In this document: piece after piece, positions 39,111 through 48,904 of the stretch
Position numbering within the stretch: position 1 is the first letter of the stretch
How the letters are laid out: the number at the start of each line of letters is the position of its first letter
NCBI RefSeq assembly: GCF_000142905.1
Contig: NW_013657615.1
Coordinates: 62,001-126,000, forward strand
DNA from: Thecamonas trahens ATCC 50062
Taxonomy: Eukaryota; Protista; Apusomonadida
Length of the DNA: 64,000 bases
Direction: 5' to 3'
Position numbers and translations under genes: made by a program
The notes under the pieces: generated by a model
What the model was told of the DNA's origin: nothing
What the model saw: the letters and a program-made list of their open reading frames with translations, nothing else
Database searches by the model: none

Positions 39111-41147
39111 ATGTCTGGCTTGGGCGGATTCCAGCAGCTGAAGGACACTACGCCTGTGGTGCTCGACCCTGGTATTCTGGGCAAGTTGTGGGGCATTGCG
39201 CCTACCATTGACGTGACCAAGGTATGTTGGTGTGGTGTGGTGTGGTGGGTGGGTGGTGGGTGGGTGGTGGGTGGTGGGTGGCGGTGGCGGTTGGCGGGGG
39301 CAAGGCACAGCTGAGGGCTGGGCGCGCGGGGAGCGTGGGGAAGGGGGGGTGGCATGGAGACATGGAGGCATGGAGATGGGATATGGGAGGGAAAGAGTGG
39401 TGGGTAGGTGCCTGGTCCTTCCGTTGGGACGTCATGATCATGATCATGATCATTGTCTCGGATGTGCTCTGCTCAGGGGGACAGCCAACTGCGACAGGAC
39501 TCACTCGAGGCGGAGCGGGACGGAACGCGGCATGGTGGTGGCTGGCGTCGGGACGGGTGAAACCGACGGGGGAGGATGTAGGCGACCCAAAATGAGATCG
39601 CGAGAAACTTGTCGGAGCAGATTGCAGAGCGAATCCACAAGACGACGTCGCTGCAGATCAACGCCAACGTCAAGATCATCGACAACTTGTGGGGATTTGA
39701 CAAGTTGACCGAGCTCAAGCTGGACAACAACTGCGTCGAGAAGATCGAGAACATTGATCATCTGGTGACGCTGACGTCGCTGGACCTCTCGTTTAACGCC
39801 ATTGAGACGCTCGAGGGCCTCGCGCCGCTGACCAACCTCACCGACCTCAACGTGTCGTCCAACAAGATCTCCAAGCTCGAGGGCTTGGAGACGCTGTCCA
39901 AGTTGGAAATCCTCATGCTCGGGCACAACAACATCGGGGCGCCAGCGAGCGGGGCCGAGGTCGACCCCAAGGCGCAGATTCGCGAGCTCAAGTACCTGCG
40001 GCAGTTCCGCGAGCTGCAGATGCTGACGCTCGAGGCCAATCCGGTGGCGGAGAACCTCGACTGCGAAAAGTATGTCATCTCGCACTGCGAGAGCCTTATG
40101 TACTACAACTTTCGGCTGGTGGACGACAACATGCGCAAGCTCGCCGCCGAACGGTTCAACGACGACGTGGTCCTCATCCGCGCCGAGGAGGCCGAGGCCG
40201 AGGCCGCGGCGGCGTCGGCGGCGGCGAGCCAGGCCAAGCTCGACGAGCTCAAGGCCGCGAACTTGCTCGGCTTCCACGGCCTCTTTGAGGCCATGTTCCA
40301 CGAGGACCCGGACTTTCCCAAGTGGTCGACGATGCCGGGCCTCGACGCGCCGCTCGACAAGTACCGCGAGTCGTTTGCGGCCATGACTGGTCCGTTCAAG
40401 GCCGCCATGCTCGCCATGCATGCCCAGATCCAGGAGCAGGTTGCCACGTTCTACGCCGAGATGGCAAGCGCACGTGAGGCTGTCGAGGCCGAGGCCATAG
40501 ACGACATTGCCGCCTTTGACGAGTGGCGACGCGGCGCGCTGTACCCGAATCTCAACGCGCTCCTGCAGCAGGCTGCAAGCAACGAGTCGATGGTCGACCT
40601 CTTTGACGACGAGCTGGAGCACAAGCTCCTACCGGCTATCCAGGCGCTCGAGGACAAGCTGATGGAGATGGAGATCTTCCAGGTCGAGCAGTTTGACGAC
40701 GCCGTGGTCAAGTTTGAGCGGGTCATCAACGACATCACCTCCAACTACTCGTCCGACGTCATCTCGTACGTCATCGCCCTTCGCGACATGGAGACTGAGT
40801 TCTCGTCCATGTCGCTCAAGCTCGGCGAGCTCCTGCTCGAGCAGTTCCACGACGGCTCGCTCGAGGACGACATCCCGCAGTCGCTCGGCCTCCTGCTGAA
40901 CGACAAGGAGGCCTTTGTCAACATGATCTCGGCCTCGCACGACTTTCGTCTCGACAAGATCAATGCTAAGGATGACGAGTTTACTCTCCGTAACCAGCAG
41001 GACGTCGACGCCATTCTCGACAAGATCCGCCACGAGCTCCGCGTCCGCAACCGCAACCGGGTCCAGGAGATTGCCCAGCTCACCGATCAGTACCGGGCCG
41101 AAAAGGTCAAGATCGCCCGCGACGGCCTGCCGCAGAGCATGCTATAA
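39111..41147 (+). CDS. DRC3: Dynein regulatory complex subunit 3 (LRRC48); 2 exons (39111-39221, 39582-41147)
   Basis: IDNLWGFDKLTELKLDNNCVEKIENI..LDLSFNAI..YLRQFRELQMLTLEANPV; C-terminal SHDFRLDKINAKDD..RNRNRVQEI. A phase-0 GTATGT..TAG intron (39222-39581) links exon 1 (MSGLGG..PVVLDP..VTK). Confidence 0.88.
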
Positions 41148-41426
41148 CGACAGTGTTGCAGGTAGTGGCCATGTTGCGGTAATTGAGTACACCGAGCGAG
41201 TGAGCAAGCGTGTTGAGCGTAATTGCTGCTGGCGTCATCGGCGGCATCGGCAAAACGTGGTGACGGTGGATGACGCCATACGCAACCATAAAACCAACGT
41301 TGAAGTTATTAATTTGAGCAGAGAGGGTTGCGAGGGGAACAGGCAAGCAGAGAGCGGAAGCAAGCGAGACCGAGAGACAGACACACACACACATCACTGA
41401 CCGTGATTGAGAACAAGAGAGAGAGC

Positions 41427-42830
41427 ATGTCATCTGAGGGAGCATCGACCGAGTATGATCTTGTTGTGATTGGTGGAGGTAGTGGAGGTATGGGCCTTGC
41501 TCGGCGGGCAGCCGAGTATGGAGCACGTGTGGCGGTGGTGGAGAAGGACCGGCTCGGCGGAACGTGCGTCAACGTCGGCTGTGTGCCCAAGAAGGTCATG
41601 TGGAATGCCGCCAATCTGGCGTCGACTCTGGGATACATGCCTGGCTACGGACTTGGGGTGAGCAAGGAGGCGCTTGCTCTTGATTGGCCCACGCTCAAGG
41701 CCAACCGCGATGCCTACGTCGCACGGCTCAATGGCATCTACGAGCGCAACCTGGCAAAGGCCAACATCGAGTACGTGGTCGGCTCTGCGAGCGTGGCGGG
41801 CAAGGGCCTCGTTGCGGTTACTGCTGCGGACGGGTCCGTGACTGAGCTCAAGGCCCCTCACGTTGCCATTGCCACCGGCGGCTACCCGTGCATCCCGCCC
41901 GAGATGGTTGGCGGCGAGCACGTCATCACCTCGGACGGCTTCTTTGAGCTGGAGGAGGCGCCGGCAAAGGCCGCCATCATCGGCGCTGGCTACATTGCGG
42001 TCGAGCTGGCCGGCGTGCTTGCCGAGCTCGGGACCGAGGTCCACCTGTACGTGCGCAAGCACGCGGCGCTGCGGGCGTTTGACGCCGACGTCGTCGAGTC
42101 GCTCACCGACGCGCTCGAGCACTCGGGCATCATCCTCCACACCTTTTCGCCGATCGGGAGCGTGGCCAAGGACGAGGTGTCGGGCAAGCTGACGGTGACG
42201 ACTGCTGGCGAGAACGTCGAGGTCATTGACGGCTTTGACGTCGCGGTTGCGGCCATCGGGCGGTGCCCCAACACCGACGGGCTCGGCCTGGCGGAGCTTG
42301 GTGTGGCAGTGCAGGACTCGGGCCACATTGTAGTCGACGACTTCCAGAACACGTCTGTCGAGGGTGTGTACGCGCTCGGCGACGTGTGCAACAAGCGTGT
42401 GGACCTCACGCCGGTGGCGATTGCGGCCGGGCGCAAGCTTGCGGCACGGCTGTTCAAGGGCGACGCCACAGCCAAGATGGACTACACCAACGTGGCGACG
42501 GTCGTCTTCTCGCACCCGCCCATCGGCACTGTCGGGCTCACCGAGGCCGAGGCGCGGGAGCAGTTTGGCGACGACGCGGTGACCACCTTCCGCTCGCGGT
42601 TCACCAACATGTTCTACGCCATGGGTGACGACAAGCCAAAGACAATGATGAAGCTTGTGTGTGTCGGCGACGAGCACCGGGTTGCCGGCATCCACATTCT
42701 CGGCCTTGGCGCTGACGAGATCATCCAGGGCTTTGCCGTTGCCGTCAAGATGGGCGCGACCAAGGCCGATCTCGACGCCACCTGCGCCATCCACCCGACT
42801 GCTGCCGAGGAGCTTGTGACCATGAGGTGA
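41427..42830 (+). CDS. GSR: Glutathione reductase
   Basis: [12 protein letters not shown]; [13 protein letters not shown]; GAGYIAVE; [10 protein letters not shown]; [13 protein letters not shown]-terminus. Confidence 0.96.
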   Translation: MSSEGASTEYDLVVIGGGSGGMGLARRAAEYGARVAVVEKDRLGGTCVNVGCVPKKVMWNAANLASTLGYMPGYGLGVSKEALALDWPTLKANRDAYVARLNGIYERNLAKANIEYVVGSASVAGKGLVAVTAADGSVTELKAPHVAIATGGYPCIPPEMVGGEHVITSDGFFELEEAPAKAAIIGAGYIAVELAGVLAELGTEVHLYVRKHAALRAFDADVVESLTDALEHSGIILHTFSPIGSVAKDEVSGKLTVTTAGENVEVIDGFDVAVAAIGRCPNTDGLGLAELGVAVQDSGHIVVDDFQNTSVEGVYALGDVCNKRVDLTPVAIAAGRKLAARLFKGDATAKMDYTNVATVVFSHPPIGTVGLTEAEAREQFGDDAVTTFRSRFTNMFYAMGDDKPKTMMKLVCVGDEHRVAGIHILGLGADEIIQGFAVAVKMGATKADLDATCAIHPTAAEELVTMR

Positions 42831-43093
42831 ATGCGGAATGAACGAGGGGTCTCCCCATACAGGATCTCCCCCTAGCGGGGCCTCTTCCCTATCCGATCCG
42901 TCTTGGCATCTTCCGACTCCCGTCCAACCTGTCCCCGCACCCCTTCGCCCGCCAACCGCCAGCCGACACCGCCCCCTCGCTCTCCCTCCCTCACCCACAA
43001 GACATAGGGAAACCTTGAACTTAAAAACGTTAATTAAGAAAACAGTACACACAAGCGGATGGTACAAAAAGAAGAGTATATCTAACCTTGCTG

Positions 43094-43193
43094 NNNNNNN
43101 NNNNNNNNNNNNNNNNNNNNNNNNNNNNNNNNNNNNNNNNNNNNNNNNNNNNNNNNNNNNNNNNNNNNNNNNNNNNNNNNNNNNNNNNNNNNN
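43094..43193. other. assembly gap (100 N)
   Basis: Ns. Confidence 1.
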
Positions 43194-43279
43194 CCGCCGC
43201 TCTCCCTCCTCCCGCCCCCCCCCCCCCCCCCCCACCCCGCACACACACAGGTACACACACCTCTTGACAGAGACCGCAT

Positions 43280-44632
43280 ATGGAAGACGAGGGGTACAGC
43301 TCGTGCGGGAGCAGCGGGAGTGTGTCGTCGTCGTTCTCGTCTGTTGACTCTGATGCTGTGGCTGGGTTGTATGGCGGGAGTGGTGGGAGCGTGTCGAAGC
43401 CGTTGTTGGCGAGCCGAAGGATGGTGGCCGAGGACATTGGCGCCAATCTCCCTCTTGTCCCTGCTCTGACAGAGCTTTGCATTGGTGCTCTGGTGGCTCA
43501 CTTTGATACCCATCCATGTCTTGCTCAGCTGCCGCGCAAGTACCAGGACAAGGTCCTGGCTCTCCTTGATCCCCGCCTCCCGCTCCCGCTCACGGCTCCC
43601 ATCATCGCCCACGAGTCGTACTGGAAGCGTGTCGTCCACGCCCGCCTCGGCCCTGATGTCGACGTCTCGGATCATGGCGGCTCGTGGAAGCGGGCCCTGT
43701 TTGAGATCCTCGTCGCTCGTGCTCTGGCAAAGTGCTCGGGCGAGCCCGGCCCGGATCTGCTCCGCCTGGTTGCTCTGGGCGCTCCGCACATCAAGGCGCT
43801 CAAGGTCGAGGTGCCTGGCGATGCCAGCCTCGGCGTCTTGCTCAAGGGCGCGCATGCGCTGCCGCGGCTGGCGCAGCTGCGGGTCAACTTTGGCGCGGGT
43901 GAGCTGGGTATGGGCTATGATGCCAGCTTGCTGCGGGCATCGACCCCGGCAGTGCGTGCGCTTTCGGGCGCGCTGGTGGCCAACAGCGAGCTTGTGGTTC
44001 TCGACGTGGTCAACTCGGGCCTCGACGACGCCATGACGCGGGTCCTTGTAGCCGGCTTGTTGGAGAACCACTCGGTGACCTCGCTCTCGCTCGCGCACAA
44101 CAAGATCGGCGACCGCGGCGCGCGTGCATTGGCCAAGTACATCGCCACCTCCAACTCGGTCCTCGCCGAGCTCGATCTGGAGGACAACGTCATCGGTGAG
44201 GCCGGCGGCGTGGCGCTGGGCCACGCCCTCCACACCAACTCGCCGCTCCTCGAGCTCAACCTCCGCCTCAACCGACTCAGCGACGGCTGCGCGTACGTAT
44301 GTGCCGGGCTAGTCAACAACGCGACGTTGACCTCGCTCAATCTCGCCGCCAACTCGCTCGACACTGTCCAGGGTGTGACGCAGCTGGCCGAGCTCGTCCG
44401 CCACAACGATACCCTCACCGCCCTCGACATATCTGCCAACGCCATCATGTCCAAGCTCGGCGCCAAGCTTAAGGACGGCATCGAATCCAACGAGACGCTC
44501 CTCACCATGGACACTCGATTCTGCCAGCTCTCGCGCGAGGCCGAGCTTGCCATCGACAACGTCCTCGCCCGTAACCTTGAGCGTTCCGGGAAGAGAACGG
44601 GCACTACGAGTAAAGGTGATGGCGGAGTGTAG
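43280..44632 (+). CDS. TCTE1: Dynein regulatory complex subunit 5 (TCTE1), RI-type LRR
   Basis: RRMVAED..LVPALTELCI..LPLPLTAPIIAHESYWKR..VSDHGGSWKRALFE, followed by RI-like LRRs (SLSLAHNKIGDRGARALAK, LNLRLNRL). Confidence 0.88.
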   Translation: MEDEGYSSCGSSGSVSSSFSSVDSDAVAGLYGGSGGSVSKPLLASRRMVAEDIGANLPLVPALTELCIGALVAHFDTHPCLAQLPRKYQDKVLALLDPRLPLPLTAPIIAHESYWKRVVHARLGPDVDVSDHGGSWKRALFEILVARALAKCSGEPGPDLLRLVALGAPHIKALKVEVPGDASLGVLLKGAHALPRLAQLRVNFGAGELGMGYDASLLRASTPAVRALSGALVANSELVVLDVVNSGLDDAMTRVLVAGLLENHSVTSLSLAHNKIGDRGARALAKYIATSNSVLAELDLEDNVIGEAGGVALGHALHTNSPLLELNLRLNRLSDGCAYVCAGLVNNATLTSLNLAANSLDTVQGVTQLAELVRHNDTLTALDISANAIMSKLGAKLKDGIESNETLLTMDTRFCQLSREAELAIDNVLARNLERSGKRTGTTSKGDGGV

Positions 44633-44653
44633 TGAAGGATTAATGGATGTTGT

Positions 44654-45400
44654 TGATGCAGGTAGAGCAGGCTGATGCAGGTAGTGCAGGCTGATGCAGG
44701 GAGTGCAGGCTGATGCAGGTAGAGCAGGCTGATGCAGGTAGTGCAGGCTGATGCAGGAAGTGCAGGCTGATGCAGGAAGTACAGGCTGATGCAGGTAGTG
44801 CAGGCTGATGCAGGAAGTGCAGGCTGATGCAGGAAGTACAGGCTGATGCAGGTAGTGCAGGCTGATGCAGGAAGTGCAGGCTGATGCAGGAAGTGCAGGC
44901 TGATGCAGGGAGTGCAGGCTGATGCAGGGAGTGCAGGCTGATGCAGGGAGTGCAGGCTGATGCAGGGAGTGCAGGCTGATGCAGGTAGTGCAGGCTGATG
45001 CAGGGAGTGCAGGCTGATGCAGGGAGTGCAGGCTGATGCAGGAAGTGCAGGCTGATGCAGGAAGTGCAGGCTGATGCAGGGAGTGCAGGCTGATGCAGGG
45101 AGTGCAGGCTGATGCAGGGAGTGCAGGCTGATGCAGGTAGTGCAGGCTGATGCAGGTAGTGCAGGCTGATGCAGGGAGTGCAGGCTGATGCAGGAAGTGC
45201 AGGCTGATGCAGGGAGTGCAGGCTGATGCAGGGAGTGCAGGCTGATGCAGGAAGTGCAGGCTGATGCAGGGAGTGCAGGCTGATGCAGGTAGTGCAGGCT
45301 GATGCAGGGAGTGCAGGCTGATGCAGGTAGAGCAGGCTGATGCAGGTAGTGCAGGCTGATACAGGAAGTGCAGGCTGATGCAGGAAGTGCAGGCTGATGC
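44654..45400. repeat. 19-bp minisatellite, ~39 copies (TGATGCAGG[T/G/A]AG[T/A][G/A]CAGGC)
   Basis: Read directly; starts ~20 bp after the TCTE1 stop. Confidence 0.97.
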
Positions 45401-46125
45401 GACAGGGTCAGCCAATTCAAAAATTGTCCATGTTCTCTGCTGATGCGGCGAATGGCGTTTTCCCGATGGGCGGCGAAAGTGAGCCGGTTGATCACGCGCA
45501 TTTGTGTGGAGGGAGTAGAGGCCAGGCTCGGGGAGGCGGGAGGGAGGTATGGACATACTTGACGACACCAGCAGTTCAGAGGTGGACGAGGGTGTTCGTG
45601 CGTGTGGCCATTATTCCTTGCTCTTCTTTCATATCGTCTTCCGTGATGGGTGCGGAGGGAGGCCGTGGGCAGGGGTGTGGCCCTGTCCGTCGCCCCGCCG
45701 GTGATTGTTCCCCGCTGTCAGCACCCTTGCTGTTGGGTACGGGCGGGGGGTATGGGCAGTGTGACCAGCATGCAGCTGCAAGGAGAAGGAGGGGCGGTCG
45801 TAACAATGATGGGTATATCCCGGGTGCTGGTGGCGAGGGCAAAGCGCGCGGCCGCGGTGGCTCTTCTCTGTTGGGTGGGGCCAACGGCCGGCTGGTTGAC
45901 CGTGGCGGGCGGCTTGGGCATGCCAATGTCGGTGCGGGTGGTGGAAGTGAAGGCCAACAAGACACAGAAAGAACTCGAAGAGGAGGTGCGGGACTGGAAG
46001 GGAGTTGTGCTCAAGGTGCTGCAAGCATGGGCGGCCAGGGACGGCCGGCCGGCTGGTCACGACCCAGGTGCGAGCCGGCTGCGGCAGCGCGTTTGAGACG
46101 CAGCCACTCGAACATCCACTCGCGG

Positions 46126-47424
46126 ATGTGGGTGGTGCTGATGGTTGTTGTAATTGTGGTGATTATGATGCTGGTGCCGCTGGCGGAGGCGCAGCTGCCT
46201 CCGCATCCGCCGCCGCGGCCACCGCTGCCGCCCAACAACCGCCCGCCGCCACCGACGGCACCACCGCCGCCTCCGGCGAGTGACGACAAGCGGGAAAAGA
46301 TGGATTTGGAGGTATCGATGGCGTCTGGCCTCCTTGTGGTGGTGGTCTGCGTTGTCATTTGTGCTGTGACGATCTACCGGCTGCAGCGGAACCGGAACCG
46401 GGTGGGGACCGGGGCGGCGGCGGACCATTACGGATCAGACCCCAGCTCGCGGTACGACCGGCAGCGGTTTGTGGGCGTTGGCATTGTGCCTGACAACCAG
46501 GTCGGCCCGTCGATGCTCTTCCCATCGGGCAAGTTTACTTTGCATTCCACCGACGGCAACGTGGTGACGCAGGGCGTGATGCAGGTCTCGTTTGCCGCCG
46601 GGCGGGTCGAAGGCTCGGGGCACGACGTCCAGGGCCCGTTCTCGATCGACGGCTTCTACTCGGACCGGACGCAGCGGGTTGCCTGGCTTGCGCTGTACGA
46701 GACTGGGACTCACGTCGACTACCGTGGGCGGGCGAACCTGCACGCGCCGACGGTCGGCATTGCCGGGCAATGGACGATTGTGTCCGACTACCGCGGCGGG
46801 ACGACGACTGACGTCTTCCAAGCCTTTTACATCGACCCCACGGCAAACCCGATCGGGATGGGCACGCAAGTCTTTGCGCAGCAACGCGGCGGCGCGGCGG
46901 CGATCCACGGCGATATTCCCGGTGTGGTCGTCCACGCTGAGTCGGCGCTGCAGAACCTGCCGGGCTCGAGGCCTGGCTCGCAGTCGGGCTCGCCAGCGGA
47001 CGAACAGCAGACCCCGCCAATCGGCCCGCCGCCACCGCCTGGCCCGCCGCGGTCATCATCACAGGCATCCGGCGAAGACTCGGGCTCTGAGGCCGCGGTG
47101 CGTCCTCCCAGCTTTCGGCCGGGTCCAGAGCCGGCGGCGCTGGCGCACGAGTCGCGGCGGCATGTCTCGGCCTCGCGGTCGTCCATCGAGATGGACTCGC
47201 TTCCGCCTGCATACTCTGAGCCGCACTCGACGGCCACTGCGCCTGTTCCGCTGACACCCATGCCCATGCTTACGCCGCTGGTGGCGACTCGCATGGTTGT
47301 TCCACCGATTGGCGCGCCTCCAGCGCCGCGCACCCCGACCTCGGGCTCTGGCGGCTCCGGCGGCGACTTTTACCCGCCACCGCTTTTCAATCCCTCGTCG
47401 TCATCACGCAACGACTCTGCATGA
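46126..47424 (+). CDS. Type I membrane protein: signal peptide, Pro-rich ectodomain, TM, cytosolic beta-rich domain, Pro/Ser-rich tail
   Basis: MWVVLMVVVIVVIMMLVPLAEA|Q; polyproline; TM GLLVVVVCVVICAVTIY-RLQRNR; GRVEGSGHDVQGPFSIDGFY..VDYRG..IAGQW; PPAY/YPPP motifs. Confidence 0.7.
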   Translation: MWVVLMVVVIVVIMMLVPLAEAQLPPHPPPRPPLPPNNRPPPPTAPPPPPASDDKREKMDLEVSMASGLLVVVVCVVICAVTIYRLQRNRNRVGTGAAADHYGSDPSSRYDRQRFVGVGIVPDNQVGPSMLFPSGKFTLHSTDGNVVTQGVMQVSFAAGRVEGSGHDVQGPFSIDGFYSDRTQRVAWLALYETGTHVDYRGRANLHAPTVGIAGQWTIVSDYRGGTTTDVFQAFYIDPTANPIGMGTQVFAQQRGGAAAIHGDIPGVVVHAESALQNLPGSRPGSQSGSPADEQQTPPIGPPPPPGPPRSSSQASGEDSGSEAAVRPPSFRPGPEPAALAHESRRHVSASRSSIEMDSLPPAYSEPHSTATAPVPLTPMPMLTPLVATRMVVPPIGAPPAPRTPTSGSGGSGGDFYPPPLFNPSSSSRNDSA

Positions 47425-47556
47425 CTCCATGACAATGAATGGCCTCAGCTAGCCTGTAGACGCCAAGCAAGGCCGAGTGAGGCCGAGCGAGGCCAAGCTC
47501 GATGCCCGTCAACCGCGTCACGCCCACACCACGCCACACTCGACTTTGACGCACCC

Positions 47557-48864
47557 ATGTTCCGCTCCCTCACTTCGTCGCGGATGTTCCGCCCGCTCAC
47601 TGCGCTTGCCCTTGTTGCCCTTGTCGCGCCCTTTGTCGTCGTCTCTGCCAAGGAGGTATGCCCCCCTCCCCTCCCCNNNNNNNNNNNNNNNNNNNNNNNN
47701 NNNNNNNNNNNNNNNNNNNNNNNNNNNNNNNNNNNNNNNNNNNNNNNNNNNNNNNNNNNNNNNNNNNNNNNNNNNNCTCCCCCCTCCCCGCCCTCCCACC
47801 CGCTGTGCACTCACTATAGTCTGGAGGGATTGTGTGCTGGTCTGGGTGCTTCTTTGTTGCCAACTGATGCTGCTGGTAACTCATGATGTCGACCCACGGT
47901 GCTGGTGGTGGTGGTGGTGACCACTGCTGGTGGCAACCGCTGGTGCTGGCATCCGCTGGTGCTGGCATCCGCTGGTGCTGGCATCCGCTGGTGCTGGCAT
48001 CCGCTGGTGCTGGCATCCGCTGGTGCTGGCATCCGCTGGTGCTGGCATCCGCTGGTGCTGGCATCCGCTGGTGCTGGCATCCGCTGGTGCTGGCATCCGC
48101 TGGTGCTGGCATCCGCTGGTGCTGGCATCCGCTGGTGCTGGCATCCGCTGGTGCTGGCATCCGCTGGTGCTGGCATCCGCTGGTGCTGGCATCCGCTGGT
48201 GCTGGCATCCGCTGGTGCTGGCATTCGCTGGTGCTGGCATCCGCTGGTATTAACACCCGCTGGTGCTGGCAACCGATGATGCCGACCCTCGCTACTGCTG
48301 CTGGCAACCCCACCACCCATGCTGTCGCTGTGGACACAGGTCAAGGTCGACGATGCCGTGGTGACCGACAAGGTCTTCTTTGACATCGAGATCGGCGGCC
48401 GCCCGCAGGGCCGTGTCGTGCTCGGCCTCTTCGGCGAGGTCGTGCCCAAGACTGCCGAGAACTTCCGCGCTCTCGCCACCGGCGAGAAGGGCTTTGGCTA
48501 CGAGGGCGTCACCTTCCACCGTGTCATCCCGCAGTTCATGATCCAGGGCGGCGACTTTACCACCCACGACGGCCGCGGCGGCAAGTCCATCTACGGTGGC
48601 TCGGGCAAGTTTGAGGACGAGAACTTTGACGTCAAGCACACCAAGCCCGGCCTGCTCTCCATGGCCAACGCCGGCCCCAACACCAACGGCTCGCAGTTCT
48701 TCATCACCACCGTCCCCACCCCCTGGCTCGACGGCCGCCACGTCGTCTTTGGCAAGGTTCTCTCCGGCATGGAGGTGGTCAAGACCATCGAGAACACCCC
48801 GACGACCGCCACCAAGCCCAACGAGCCCGTCGTTGTCGTCGCTTGCGGCATCCTCGAGGAGTAA
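47557..48864 (+). CDS. PPIB: Secretory-pathway cyclophilin (PPIB-like); 2 exons (47557-47655, 48340-48864)
   Basis: Signal-peptide exon ..[18 protein letters not shown]|GTATGC..ACACAG|[16 protein letters not shown]; [16 protein letters not shown]; [17 protein letters not shown]; [10 protein letters not shown]. Confidence 0.92.
47677..47776. other. assembly gap (100 N) within cyclophilin intron
   Basis: Ns. Confidence 1.
47938..48272. repeat. 16-bp intronic minisatellite (CGCTGGTGCTGGCATC), ~20 copies
   Basis: Read directly inside the cyclophilin intron. Confidence 0.96.
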
Positions 48865-48904
48865 GCTGTGTGTCGCGACGCTGCGCCTCCCAAGCTAGCT
48901 ACGT

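Noticed and set aside
41427-42830. Thioredoxin reductase with Sec readthrough at TGA
   Set aside because: The C-terminus [12 protein letters not shown] is GR-type, with no GC-U-G tail.
44654-45400. CRISPR array
   Set aside because: Contiguous 19-bp units with no unique spacers, no cas genes and a eukaryotic context.
43915-45568. Long minus-strand ORFs (528 and 419 aa)
   Set aside because: Produced by stop-free minisatellite frames plus the antisense of TCTE1.
45397-46125. N-terminal 243-aa extension of the membrane protein, or separate ORF 45650..46096
   Set aside because: G-rich, atypical codon usage and no motifs; a clean signal peptide begins at 46126. A small gene here cannot be fully excluded.
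47597-48479. ORFs over the 16-bp array; Chi-like GCTGGTG
   Set aside because: The repeat lies in the cyclophilin intron; the unit is GCTGGTGC rather than Chi, which is irrelevant in a eukaryote.
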